A stretch of 64,000 nt of DNA, taken from positions 310,248,001 to 310,312,000 of the forward strand of contig OZ024742.1 in assembly GCA_964016885.1 (NCBI GenBank), in the 5' to 3' direction. This document shows positions 43,749-59,813 of the stretch, one piece after another; position 1 is the first letter of the stretch; each line of letters begins with the position of its first letter. The translations under genes and the position numbers were made by a program. The stretch comes from Eledone cirrhosa. Lineage: Eukaryota. The notes under the pieces are model-generated. The model was not told where the DNA came from. It made no database searches and was given only the letters and a program-made list of their open reading frames with translations.

Positions 43749-43817
43749 ATTTAGGAGCAGTTTAGGTATGATACATTTTATTACTAATTATATCTAAATG
43801 TTTCTTCTCTCTTCATA

Positions 43818-43848
<31 letters not shown>

Positions 43849-43863
43849 CGTATATATATATAT

Positions 43864-43911
<48 letters not shown>

Positions 43912-44014
43912 TATATATAATATATATATAATATATATATAATATATATAATATATATATAAAATATATTATATATATTTATATAATATATATAATATAT
44001 TTATATGTAAATAT

Positions 44015-45105
<1,091 letters not shown>

Positions 45106-45249
45106 TATATATAAAAGTTGTACACATTTCACTATATATATTTCAGAGTCGATAAAATGAATATCAACTCCATATAAATACTGCCTTTTCGCCAAAAATA
45201 TAGATGCTTTTCTAAGATGCTGGGATTTATTATTAACCTTGAAAACGTT

Positions 45250-46140
45250 ATTTTATATATTGAAGTTAATTTGTTAATAAATTCCTTTCTGATATTTATT
45301 GGCTAGTGATTAGGTTTAAATCATATTGTACTTTGTTCAGAAATTAATGCAGGATTTTATATGTTAAATTTAAAACAAAATGATACAGAATTTTGTTGCT
45401 CAATTCGTTCATCATCTGGAGCATTGGTGGGGGATATGTGACCAAGAGTTGTCGTGCAAGAGGACTGACATTTTCGATTGACCAATACGTTTTGTTGTGA
45501 TTGTTTCGCCGGAATTAAGAAAGCTGTAGTTGATTAATCCAGTTGCGGACCACCAAACAGTCATCATATTACTCCTTTGGTACAAATTCGACTTTGGGAA
45601 GTGTTTAGGAGTTTCATGTCGGCCCATTATTATGCTGAATGTTTCATCGCACGTTATAATTCGATAAAAATGGGTCGTTTTTGTTGGGTAATTAGTCTGG
45701 TTTTCGTTTAAATCATGTGGCTTTTATACAAGCTCTTAACCAGTTGTGTGAAGATTTGCGTCCAACAAAGCCTTCAATTTCTCGTCGTCAATAGCAGAAG
45801 GATGTCTGCAAAATTCCTTATTTTCAAAAGTTGATTCACCACGACGGAATGTTTGAAACTAGCGTCAAACTGGGCTCCCAAAACTTCATTGATCTATCAA
45901 GCCGTTTATGCTACACTGCAGCCGAGTTTAAACCCATAGAAATATAGTTGTCAAAAATCCTCTTTTAACATCTTAACTCCAAATATCTGAAAAGTGACAA
46001 AAATGCAAGTTATAATTAAAATGGATTAAATAGAAGGAGCATAAAATAAGCGTAAAAATGATACATAAATTTACACACCTTGTGTGAGATTTTCTTCTTT
46101 AAATAAAATACAACTGGCAATCATTTTCTCAACAATCTAA
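45250..46140 (-). pseudogene. Decayed mariner transposase
   Basis: ETPKHFPKSNLYQRSNMMTVWWSATGLINYSFLNSGETIT...LLHDN matches the mariner DDD-domain motifs (K.MVTVWW..G.I.Y.FL..GETI, LLHDNA.PH). Confidence 0.85.
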
Positions 46141-46830
46141 TTCAATGCTTTGCGTATTTAGTTACAGCCTTTTACGTTCTGGCTTCAAATCTCACCGAAG
46201 TCAACTTTGCTTTTCATCATTTCGTGATAGACGAATTATAGCACTAGAGAAGTACTTGGGTCGGTTTCAAAGATTATCCCCATCCCCTTAAATTACTGGA
46301 CCCTGGCTAAATTAGAAACCATTGTTATTGAAGTAGAGTGTTTTGATAGAATCTTAGCGTATCGGATAAAGTGCTACGCGTCATTTATTTTCGGTTCTTT
46401 ACTTTCAGAGTTTGAATTCCAGCTAGGCGAATTGTACCTTGTATCATTCCAAGATCGATAAAATAAAGTTCCAGTCAAGTACTGAGTTGATATAATCGAC
46501 TTTCTCTTCTACCCTAAATTACTGACCTTGTACTAAAATTAGAAATCCAAGGCCGTTGGATTAGCAGAGTTGTTAGAGCGTCAACCAAATGCTTAGCAGT
46601 ATTTGTTGCAGCTTTGTACTATGTTCGAATTAATTGACATTACCTTTTCCAAAAATTGCTGATCTCGAGCTTAAACTAGAAACCATTAATTAATAGCGTT
46701 GGATTTGCAGAATCATTCCGGACTTTTACATTCTGGGTTCAAATTTGCTTCCCATTCTTCTGTGAAGTACTGGGGTCCGTGTATCGACTTTTTCCATTCC
46801 CACAAATTGCTAGCCTTCTGTATAAATTAC
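46140..46830 (+). mobile_element. Cluster of older family 1-like SINEs
   Basis: Repeated ttcaaat..., ctttcatc...gataaaataaag and aaattagaaacc motifs. Confidence 0.6.
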
Positions 46831-47752
46831 AAACCTTACAAACCACCACCATCATCAACACTCCCACCCCATCACAACATTCACAGCCCTCCATCATCAT
46901 CATAATTTCGTTTTCTTTCTATGTAGAATGGTATTTGTGTGGTTCGGTATTTGGCCACATAGTGGTAAGTAAAGTAATGATATATAGAAAATGTTTTACA
47001 TGTTCCAATGAGTATATTATCCATATCTATTTCCTCCTAACTTTTACTTTACTTTTTCTTTCTGTTTTTAACTCCAAGTCCTAGAAGTCAGCTAGAGAGG
47101 AGAGTCAGTTTTATTCGTTTCCAAATACCTCGGACCAATGAATTAGTAAAAGCAGTGTGAAATTACATTTTAAGTAATTCACCTCCAATAACGATCTACT
47201 TTTTCACAATTAAAATATTAAACTTCCATCATTATGATTTATATATTTTCCATATTTATTAAAACAGTAAGTTATATAATAAACCAGAGAAACTCAGCTA
47301 AGGCGGCACACTGATTATGAATGTGAACATTATTATTAATATATTGTAAAATAACACGCCGTAACCCATTGATGTCGTTCTTCTACTGATACTGATTAAA
47401 GCCTTTATTTTCGTGCTGGGATTTAAGGCTGACAGCTTTCACTGGTTTGTAACTGGATATTACACTCTTTCCGTATAATAATCAAGCGTTAGGTCTACGT
47501 AAGAAGTGAAGCAAATTACATACATATGTACAAAGAATTGTATATAAACGCGTGTGCACGCACACGGATATAAATATAGGCTCACATATGAGTATATATA
47601 TATGATATTAGTATTTGTAATTGTGTCAAAGACACACATGTATACACATACACACATACACATATGTATATATATACATATATATATACTGTATATATAT
47701 ATGTGTATATATATATATATATGTATATATGTATATATGTATATGTATATGT

Positions 47753-48126
<374 letters not shown>

Positions 48127-48383
48127 ACTATTGTATAAATAGTATATGCCTCTATATTACATGTCGGTATTCTCCACGGATCGGTCGAGCAGGTCCTCAC
48201 CAGTAAATCCACACCATCACGAATAAAAGCCGACCATAGATATCTGATGTGGAGATCGATATGTCAAGATTCCCACAGTCTATACCATATGTCAGATGAG
48301 CAGATATGAATTCTTGATTGTACTAAGCATCTTTTTCAGTTGTTCAGCTCATCCTTTACACTCTTTTGAGTGCTTACGATATT

Positions 48384-48663
48384 CAGCTCACGATCGTAAG
48401 GTCATGATTTCGATTCCAAGTGATGCATTGCGTCCTTGCGCAAGCCACTTTATTTCCCGTTCCTGCTTTCACTCAGCTGAAAAAGAAAATAATTTGTGCC
48501 TGATTTCAAAAGGCCAGTCTTGTGACGCTGAATAATTCTGAGTACTATGTTAAGAGTACACATTTCTGTCGAATACTCACCCACTTGCACATTAATTTGA
48601 AGAACAGGGTGTTTCGTAGTTTGAACCATTGGAAGACACGTCATTGGAATCGACGGAGGGCCA
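48384..48663 (+). mobile_element. SINE family 2 copy (diverged)
   Basis: ttcgattcc, gtccttgcgcaagccactt and the shared tail. Confidence 0.7.
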
Positions 48664-49558
48664 ACAAAAGAACGCATCCAAGGTGGGGATCTGTTGGAAC
48701 TGTATTCTTGAAGAATTTGCCTCGTAAATAAATAATGCGCGTGACTAAATCAATGTAAGTGTCTTTTGATCAGGAGTTATTGTATCACTTCAATAACTCC
48801 TGCAAGCTTCCTCCTGGCGCTAATCTTCTCTTCTCACTGGTTACGAACGAGCATTGAACAGATCCGAATTCTGTAGCTAAAAAGATCTCCGACCTAAATC
48901 AAAGTTGGTGTTGAAAACGACAGAATGTGACAACGGTCGATGCACCTCTCTCTCATTTAGAGGTATATATGAGAGCATATATTATATTTTTGTGTCTAAT
49001 AAACATAAAATAGTCTCGTTATGAATATTTTAAGCTGTGAGCATGTCAGAGCGATCTCAGTGCCATGTGAGATTTCTGAATTTTTTCCGTCATTAGTGAT
49101 GTTTACTCAATCGGTATTGTTCTTAAGATTTATATGCATAGAAATATTATTGGACCAGTTTCGCTTCAGGAGCTCTTTCTGAATCCCTTTCCACCCAGCT
49201 TTATAAATATTTAAGCTTCTAATAATGCTGTTGTACGGGTCACCATTTAGCGCTCACGTCTACAGTTTCGCCTGGACCATACGCGATGTTATTTCTACTA
49301 TGTTAAGGTCGGAGAAAATGGACAGAAAATGGACAGAATCATTTTTACACCATGAATGAGCTGTGGATGAATTGTGTGTTATTTTTGAAGCAGGGATCTA
49401 GAACATGCTTACTTTTTGTTGGATGTGTCCCATGAATAGACTATCTATAAGGTCAAGCAGGGATTCAACTGCACCTTACGTGCAGTAATTCTTGAGAGAA
49501 TGTGGCGTTCTGGTCATTTAGTATTGGGAAGATAAAAATATCTCAGAATAAATAAGTT

Positions 49559-49638
<80 letters not shown>

Positions 49639-49804
49639 GAATAAATGAGTTTAGGATTTGATAAAGTTTGGTTCGCATTTTCTTTATCATGATCTGAGTA
49701 GTGTGGTGGTGGATATTTCGTACACTTGGCATTTTGAATTGATTTATGTGTGGTATTAGTGTTGGAGTGAGACAGCAGGATTCTATCAATCAATCAATCA
49801 ATAA

Positions 49805-49862
<58 letters not shown>

Positions 49863-49960
49863 TTGTTTGTCTCTGTCTCTCTTTCGTGTTCTCTCTCCTT
49901 CATTTTCTCTCTTTATATATATATACAACTTTCTTCTCTGTGCCTGTCTCCGTCTATCTC

Positions 49961-50050
<90 letters not shown>

Positions 50051-50161
50051 TATATCATTCAATAGCAAGGATTTGGTCAACTCTAGGCGATAGTATATAT
50101 GGGCTCAGGTAACAGTGTGCGGTTAAGTCGTAACCACTTGCAAGTGTCGATTACTATCGCC

Positions 50162-50221
<60 letters not shown>

Positions 50222-50487
50222 AAAACTGAAAACAATAGGGAATAAAAGAATATTAAATAAAAAATGAAAGAAAACAAAATATAGCTGTTACAAGTAAAGA
50301 AAAGAAAGTGAATATTTACATCTTAGTTGGCGGGGAATTAAAAAAAAAAAAATTAATATAGCTTTTCAAATGAAAGAAATACGAGATTTTCTCAGTAAAA
50401 CCGCATATCGTTTTTGAAGCGTTGCCCCTTCCTCACCTCTGCGTTGACACAGACACGCACGCACACACTCATACAAAGACACACATG

Positions 50488-50595
<108 letters not shown>

Positions 50596-50701
50596 TATAT
50601 ATGTATACACACACAATCGTATATATATATATGAATGTATATATGTACACATACGTACACATACACACACATATATATATATATATATATCTGTAAATAA
50701 A

Positions 50702-50732
<31 letters not shown>

Positions 50733-50969
50733 ATATATATATACACACAAATATATAAATATATATATATGTGTGTGTTTGGATATATATATGCAAAAAG
50801 TAAACGGAAACTTCAAAGCAAACGACACAGAACAATCAAGTAATATATTAGTTTTACGCTTCGTATAGTAGGAAGGGAGTCTATTACTTTTCGGACACTA
50901 GTCTATCATCAGTTGAAATATAAAAATAGAGAGTGAGAAGAGATAGGAAAAGCACATATGTGAGACAAA

Positions 50970-51071
<102 letters not shown>

Positions 51072-51186
51072 GGTGAGAGAGAGCGAGGGAGAGACAGTGA
51101 GAGAAAGTTAGAGAGAGTTTGTAGTACTGAGACCGAGGAGAGCACTAATCATGGGAGTACTCAATGTATCGGGAGATGCAGAGTGG

Positions 51187-51836
51187 ATATATATATATAT
51201 AAAACTGAGGATGGGTGTGTGTGTGTGTCTGTGTCTGTGTGTGTGTCTGTGAGTTTGAATGCCTAAAAGTTGAGAAGTACCCAACCGATTTTTTTTCAAA
51301 CTTTACATGTGTATTACTCATGTTTCAGGGAGTGTTGTGCACATAAAAAATTCAACTTTTTCATCCCCTAGGGCCCACAGTCGGTGAAAAACTGCGTTTT
51401 TTCAGCTTTTTAGAGGATTTTTGAGGCGTTACCTCAGACCGATATCCTTGAAATTGTAACTATGTATTAGTCAGTCTCTTCTTCATATCGTGAACAAAGA
51501 AAATCCAACTTTTTTATGGCCTAGGGCCGGCATTAGGTGAAAAACTATTTTTAGCTTTCTAGGGCTCTTTTGAGGCGTTACGTCTAGCCGATTTTCCTGA
51601 AATTTCAAGGCATATTATGCACATAAAAAAATTCATTTTCTTGATCCCCGCATTAGGTAAAAACCTGCATTTTTCCTGCTTCATCGAGGAAAATCTTAAA
51701 GATTATCCAGCCATCAGAGAATTCGTTTTATTTTCTTTACATATTGTCCAGGCATGCAGTTTTTCCACGATTAGGTCTGTTGGCAGCCCGCGTTCCAAAA
51801 CACCTTATCCCGTTCAACGTCGGGTACCACTGCTAG
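51187..51836 (+). mobile_element. Non-autonomous Helitron
   Basis: 5' tatatataaaa followed by a microsatellite, internal subrepeats, 3' hairpin cccg-ttcaacgt-cggg and CTAG|T terminus. Confidence 0.75.
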
Positions 51837-52006
51837 TATATGTATATATGTAATGCAGCTATGCCGAAGATAAATTTTAATTCTACTTTTAAGTTGAGCC
51901 ACGTTGTACAGCTTCATATGCAAATGAGCCTCATCAGCCCACCTACACAAGCGAAAACACTATATATTTTCGTCTGTTTTAAGTTCCAGCAGAGAGCAGG
52001 GGAAGC

Positions 52007-52049
52007 ACTGTCCAGATGAGAGCCAGAGCTCGAAATGCGCCTAGACAGT
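52007..52049 (+). ncRNA. Compact hammerhead motif with A4 substitution
   Basis: ACTGTC-CAGATGA-GAGC caga GCTC-GAAA-TGCGCC-TA-GACAGT. Confidence 0.7.
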
Positions 52050-52174
52050 TGTCCTTCGTCCCTTCTACTGGAATCCGCTAGACAGCGCTGGCAGCCACCT
52101 TTTCAATATTCATAGTTGGGCTATCAATATATATTTATTAAACATACCATATAATCTTTATAAATTCGCATACA

Positions 52175-52231
<57 letters not shown>

Positions 52232-52388
52232 TGTTATGCACATGTTACATATCTTTGAAATACGTATAATAAAATAAATAGGCATGGACTAAAGTAACCG
52301 TTTTATTTGTTTATTAAATATATATATATATGTGTGTGTGTGTGTGTATGTGTGTATGTGTATGTAACTCGGGTTGAATCAATATATG

Positions 52389-52426
<38 letters not shown>

Positions 52427-52451
52427 TATATACACACGCACATATATATAT

Positions 52452-52746
52452 AGTTAAAGAAAGAAGAGTAACATGGTTGGCTGTACAATAAGAGCTATAT
52501 TTAAAGTACTGACAATTGTTTCGTTGATCTGGTGTGTTTTCTATATAAGTCTTGCCTCGAGTGAATGATTTTCATATCTATGTACTCTGATGTGTTGACC
52601 AGTGGTAGACAATGTATTGGAGATCGATTGACGCAATCTCAAGCGATTAGCGAACTCTAAACACACCTGATCAACGAAACAATTGTCAGTACTTTAAATA
52701 AAACCATTATTCTACAGCCAACCATGTTACTCTTCTTTCTTTAACT
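52452..52746 (+). mobile_element. Family D-related inverted-arm element
   Basis: Arms about 52452-52540 and 52660-52746. Contains the U9 HHR at 52582-52692. Confidence 0.75.
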
Positions 52747-52763
52747 ATTATTACTCCAACCGT

Positions 52764-52883
52764 CTGAGTTCAAATCCCGTCGAGGTTAACTTTGCCTTTC
52801 ATCCTTATCGGGTCGATAAAGTAAAGTACCAGTAATGTACTGAGTAATTGCTGGCCTTGTGCCACAAGTAGAAACAATTATTA
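52764..52883 (+). mobile_element. SINE family 1, 5'-truncated
   Basis: Runs from the B-box to the tail. Confidence 0.8.
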
Positions 52884-53036
52884 CTCCAAGTATAACCTGC
52901 ATAGAAATGACCGCGAACTCACTGCATAACTATGGAAACATCTTGTTGAGTCAAACAAAGCCGTACGTTAAAACTATCCACGACGCGGAGTACTCATAAC
53001 CTCTAACTGGATTACCTATAACGATAACTTGTTATT

Positions 53037-53108
<72 letters not shown>

Positions 53109-53409
53109 TATAAATTATGTCCATAGAATCATTTGATAAGATATATACTCTATTTCCTCTCCCAATTAGCATAATCAACCACACACAAAAGAAAAAAAAC
53201 AATTAAACCAGGCTATAAGATTAAAAGGCACCTATGAAGAAATAATAGATAAATAAACGACAGCCATCTATTCGCGATCAACCGCTATAGAATATTTACC
53301 CAGCATTTCAATAGTACGTGGAAATCGATTAAATATATCGCCAACCATACACAATTAGGTATAAAATTAAAGTTAGAAGAAAAAATGCATATACACATAC
53401 CAGGATTAG

Positions 53410-53491
53410 GTTTCTACCCTTCAAGGTTTCGTTCACTTTCGGAAATATCCTATCAAGGATAAATTCTCGAGCTTCGAACTCATCAGGAAAC
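53410..53491 (-). ncRNA. Canonical type I hammerhead ribozyme motif
   Basis: GTTTC-CTGATGA-GTTC[...TATCCT tgat AGGATA...]GAAC-GAAA-CCT tgaa GGG-TA-GAAAC. Confidence 0.8.
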
Positions 53492-53739
53492 AAACTCACT
53501 TGGACAAAGATTTTTCTTAAATGATCCCCGCCAGAAACGAATTCAAAAGGGCTAAGAACTGTGACGTGGCAGTGGTCAAGTCAGAAAGAATGTGATTGGT
53601 GCCTTACGGCTAGTGGGCTGGTTGCTAGAAAGCACAGCCTAATATTGCCTAAATTGCATCTCAACCTTATGGGAGAATATCAAATATAAAGATTTACATA
53701 TACACAAACTAGACAAAGTCATAGATATATTTTTGGCAA

Positions 53740-53791
<52 letters not shown>

Positions 53792-54225
53792 TGGCTGTCA
53801 ACTCGTTTTCGGGTACGGCCACTACTTTATATCCATGTAGGAGAACCCCTACCGATGCGCTGAACGAGTGTGACTTTTTAGTCCAGCCAGCGACTTGAAA
53901 ACTCTGGCACAAACACTACACTTGTGACAATTATTGACAGTGTACATGGTACCATGTGACGACAAGTGCAGAGAGATCTCCAGATACAAAGCAATGCCTG
54001 TGCCGTGAAGCTTTTATAGTGAGCAAAGGCACTGCACAAAGCCAGTCCCACTCTCTTAACCAAGATGATATTTACCAAAAAGAAGAACAAGTCAACATCA
54101 TTGGATACCATCAGGGTTGCAGGTGTTATATCAGAGCTTTCCTTCTCCTAGAATTCTGCCTTGACAAAGTCTAAGGGGTCATCTCTCCCGGTGATTTTAT
54201 ACGTATATGTATATATGTTATTTTA

Positions 54226-54288
<63 letters not shown>

Positions 54289-55307
54289 ACATGACTGTTA
54301 AAGAAACAGGAACATCACCAACACCACCTTCATTATGACTACAACCCTCGGCCACGTCTCTCACAATCGCTAGCTCTTGCACGACTTTTCCGAAAGGCTA
54401 GACGCTGACAGCATGTAACCCAGCACAAAACAGTTGCTTCAGGGGTGGTTATTTTCACAGGAAATACCTATTACGTAATGAAAGATGTCGGCCAACTCTC
54501 GGTGACCATTACACACTGAATACTTCTGCAAAATCAATTCTTCTTCTTCTTCTTCTTCTTCTTCTTCTTCTTCTTCTTCTTCTTCTTCTTCTTTCTTTCT
54601 CTCTTTCTCTCTTTCATTCTTTCTTTCTTTCTTTCTTTCTTTCTTTATTCATTTTTTTTCTTTTTTTTTTCGGCAGTTCTTTAATTTTATTTAATCGATT
54701 ATTGTAAATACCTCCATTGGTCAAGAGAGCCTGAAACGGTCAATTCACAATTGGTTTTGTATATAGCAACCATAGAGGTCCCTGTTTGTTATCTTTTCTT
54801 TATGATATAGTATGTAGCAAATACGTAGGTCAATGGACAGCATCGTACAGGTCACCATGGTACCATATATAGGTCACAAAGACGCCACTGTTTGCTACCC
54901 TGCTAATGGTGTTGAGTTGGGTGCATGGTTAAGTCACCTATGAATTGGTTCAGTCCATTTAGCTGTTGGTAGGTAACGCAGAAGATAGATGTATTACTGT
55001 AGAATTTTGTACGAGTAAGGCCACTTATCTCAGACGAATACTTCGACCTCATACTCACATTGAAAGGAATATATGCAAGTTTCTTTTTCCTCAAAATACT
55101 GTTATCATAAAATAAAATTTCCTAGCATGTAAAATAAAATTTCCTTGCAAAATTTGAGTGTATCTTTCACAGCAGATTCGTAAATAGAAGTGTAGTAGTC
55201 TTTAATATAAAAATGGGTATATCTAACGTTTTATGTCGCTTAAGGACTCAAACCATTATGTGAGAAATGAATTTAATTTAGCAGATTATATTTTAAAGAA
55301 GGTATTT

Positions 55308-55839
55308 ACTAATAATTGTTTCTACTTTTGACACAAGGCCAGCAATTATCCCAGTGTATTACTGGTACTTTATTTTATCGACCCCGTATGGATGAAAGGC
55401 AAAGTTAATTTCGGTGGGATTTGAACTCAGTGCGTAAAGGGACGTAACTCTGTGCTGCAAAGCATAGCATCCGACCCTCTACCGATACTGCCAATCCAAC
55501 GCTCTTATTAATAATTATTTCTACTTTTGGCACAAGGCCAGCAATTACCCAGTACATTACTGGTATTTTATTTTATCAACCCCGTAAGGATGAAAGGCAA
55601 AGTTAGCCTCGGCGGCATTTGACCCTCTACCGATACTGCCAATTCACCACCCTTTACTAATAATTGTTTCTACTTTTGGCACAAGGCCAGCAATTATCCA
55701 GTACATTACTGGTACTTTATTTCTCGACCCCGTACGGATGAAAGGTAAAGTTGACCTCGGCGGGATTTGAACTCAGAATGACAAGGGCCGTAACTCTATG
55801 CGTCAAAGCATGGCGTCCGACCGATACTGCCAATCCACT
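55308..55839 (-). mobile_element. Three head-to-tail SINE family 1 copies
   Basis: Three consecutive units, the middle one internally deleted. Confidence 0.85.
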
Positions 55840-57335
55840 AATGTTTATATCTTTGTGGTGGGGTTATTATGACTTCTTGAGGGATTAAAAAATATATATA
55901 TTTGAAATGTGAAATCCGAATTTCGTAATGCTAAAGATTCTACAGGATTTATATATGATATATAAATTGATTGCTAACTCTTTGTGCTTCGGTTTTGATA
56001 TAATTTCTTGCAAATTGAAGATGACCTGCGGCGTTTACGCTAATGTTTAAACGCTCAAATGACAGTGCAAACATTTTATCGTGCTGCTGTGAGAAGACCT
56101 ACTCTCAGAAGAGGGTCTGTTATGTTGAAGATATCTTTTAAAGTTATAAACTCGTTTATGTTGTAAGTGTAAGTAATGGAGTAAGATATGAATTTGTAAA
56201 TGTTAGGTATTCCAAGTTCGTAAAGATTTAAAATTTTATCTGATGGTACAATAATATTCTTCTACGTATATATTGCTTTTGATTTTGATTTCAAACCGAC
56301 GTGCAAGTATCGCCAGTAAAGGCTTAATCATGATATGTGGTTAAGAAGTTCACTTCGGGTAGACGATAAAGTCGAATACCACTGCAGAATAGCTTGTTCT
56401 GTTATCTATTTTTATAGTTTGGAGTCAACCAAAGCTTTGAGAGAAGCATTTGGTAGATGCAAACTGTGTGGATGACCATCGGAGAATTCGTCTTTGTTCT
56501 TCTTTAGTAGAACTAGCCCATCACTGACTTAATGCGTAAATTGCTGAGCATGCCACTGATATGTATAACTTTAAATGACAGAGTGTGTGACAAGGTTATC
56601 TATTTGAAATAGGGGTACAGTCCACCCAATGCGCTTCCAAACACTTTCTGTCTACTTAATTTCACAAGTCGTGGATAGACCCAAGACTTATGCTAATTGA
56701 CACTTGCCTAAGATGCCGCGAAATGGGATCATCCCGGCAACCTAATGATTGCGAAGTGAACTTCGTAACTATTCGACCATGTTGCATCCACTATTTTCTA
56801 CTGTAGGAACTGAAGAACACATAAAACCCAAATTTGATGCACGCAAGATTCGAACTCAGAACGTGAAGGGATGCAACAAAATACCACAATACATTCTCAC
56901 CACCGTCTAGCGATTTTTGCAAATTCATCATTATTTTCCTCACAACACATCACAAGTATTACAATTATTTTTTCTCTTTCATCTCTCTAAGAATATTTTA
57001 TGAGTTAGTATATTTCATTTTAAATTGTTTAATGCGTTACCATAGAAATAATACCACATCCCCTTTCACCTACGTTAAAATTTCGATTAATGTAATTGAA
57101 AATAATGATTGTGTGAAAACAATTAAATTTGTCGCCTGAGTTTTTCATATTTAAATCGCATGTATTTCAATTTCCTGGTTAAACAATTCCCCATCTGTTT
57201 CATTTTTATGTATTATTGTAACATTATTCTTCACGCACCCTCCCTCTACCCATATGCACATGCAAGTATGTATGTGCGCATGTATGTATGTATGCATGTA
57301 TGTATGTACGTATGTATACATATAAAAATACATAC

Positions 57336-57545
<210 letters not shown>

Positions 57546-59813
57546 ATATATATGTATATTATATATATATATATACGTATATATATGTATATAGAATATT
57601 TATATATATATTATATATATATATGTATATATATATCTATATTATATATATATATTATATGTGTGTATATATATATATATGTGTGTGTGTATATATATAT
57701 ATATGTGTGTGTGTATGTGTGTGTTTGTGAGCGTGTTTATATAATTTTGTTATATTTTGGTATATTTTTGCTTACGTGCCCAACCTTTACACTACTAATT
57801 TGTAATCAATTGTTTGACCTATTAAATATTTTGCAAATCTTCCTATATTTTATTTGTTTATGTATGTATGTATGGAATTCGGTTAGACGTACTGCACTGG
57901 CTACATGAAATGCGGGACCACTGGGAGACTATGTTTTGCAGGCAAACTGTTATAAGCAAATCTCCTTTGAGGCTTTAAACTTATTAAAAATATGTGGCTT
58001 CGACGATAACATCGTGTACCTCTGTAAGACTAGCCTTTTTTTTGTATTTCAATCAGGAAAATAGAGTCAGCTTAGAGAGGCAAACAGACTTGACATTTTG
58101 ACAGTATTCTAGTTATGTAATACGTTGTCGCGCCAATGAATATATTTGTATGCAAATGTCTAACAACAGTAGCTGTTAGTCATTGTGTTTTCTATCCATG
58201 TAGAACGGGAGATCTAAAAACACTAGAAGAGTTGTTCTTGAGCGAGTGATTCGACCATGTCCCGCAGACAGAATGGTGAAGATATTGTCAAGGAGAATAG
58301 CCAGTGACACCCGCTGCAACAGCCACCCCTATTCATAGGTCTTCTTCCGTGGGTGAGCTGCTTTAGTTCTTTTGTACATCAACCGGACCAGAAACTTATT
58401 GATTTATACATTGTATTAAATGTCCTTGAAACATCTAATTATTTATACAATCACATAATAAATATTATGCTGAAACACCTTACAACCCAAGTCAAGTTTT
58501 TAAAGTGACACTATCATTTTAAAGATATTCATAGATATATAGAAACAGTCATAAGATATACAGTTTCCAGCATAGATGAATAGATCTATATGTGTATATG
58601 CAGTCAGGTTATATAGACAAAGATATATAGATACATAGCTGGTGAATTAGGAGAGTCATTAGAACCTCGAACAGAATGCTATGCAGTATCTGCTCCCACA
58701 GTTCAAATCTCACTGAGCTCAACTTTGCCTTTTATCCATCGGAGGGGGATAAAAAATGCCAGTGTTGTACTGGGGGGAAATTTTTCCTCTATTTCTCTCT
58801 CACGTTCTATCCTTCTCTTGCAGAGCCCATCCCTATTCAGCTCTGTGTTCAGGCCTGAAAAGGGATGTGCTCTATCAGGAAACGGGGCCTCTAGATATAT
58901 GCATCAAATCACTCTGTAACATATTTACATAGGAAATAAACATTAGACAATATGCAAATAGAATGTATGGTCAAAGCTTGCTTAACCTATGATATAATTC
59001 CGCAACACAACAGAATAACAGCTGGAAATATACAAATTATAAAGAAATATATTTCAACAATTATTTGCGATGAGAATAGCTTAGTTAAAAGATCTCAATA
59101 GGGCGTCAATAAGTGAATTAAAAAAAAAGTATGTTTTGATTACAAATGTAGGCTGTCTCATAGATATCTCTGCATGGAGAGTCCTGATTAGGAGTTACAC
59201 AGGACAGCTATCGGATGTGTTTCTGGTGATTTAAGGAAGGAGGAAATTGTTTCACGTTGTAATTAGTTTTAAAAGATATTTATTTCTACCCTTCTCTGAC
59301 ATGCTTGAGGTTATAAATGAAACTATGCATTCGTTCTCTTTCTCATCCCCGCCATTAACAATATTATTGTTGTTACATTTAGGTCTTGGTTTCAGATCCG
59401 CCCGAAGTCACCATTGTTTTTCGACTGGCTGAAGTAATGTACCAGTCATATACTAGGTCAATGTAATGGACTTACCAATAATATAAATTTCTGGTATAAT
59501 TGCAGAGCGTCGGGCAACATGCTTTGCGGCATATGCTTATGGCCCTATATGGTCTGAATTCAAAACACGCCGAGCGTAGCTGTACCTTTCATCCTTACGA
59601 GGTTAATAAACTAAAGCCTCAGTAACACACTGGGATCAATTTAATCGACTTTACCCTTTCCTTCAAATTGCTGGCCTTGCGCCTATTACCATTAGTAGGA
59701 GGATGGTAGAGTACGTAACAGTACAGTGACAGATAAAGGCCTTGTGATATTTAGTTACATCCCTTTATATTCTGAATTGTTAGTTTTGCTTTTTATTCTT
59801 CCAAAGCCCATAA

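Larger units (their letters stand above)
42999..43823 (-). mobile_element. Family B copy 2 (tandem unit plus inverted segment)
   Basis: 42999-43644 is the reverse complement of the family B unit, with a terminal duplication 595 bp apart. 43645-43823 is inverted. (TA)n flanks. Confidence 0.85.

Noticed and set aside
51900-51945. Minus-strand CTGATGA as an HHR
   Set aside because: No stem II partner, and GAAG instead of GAAA.
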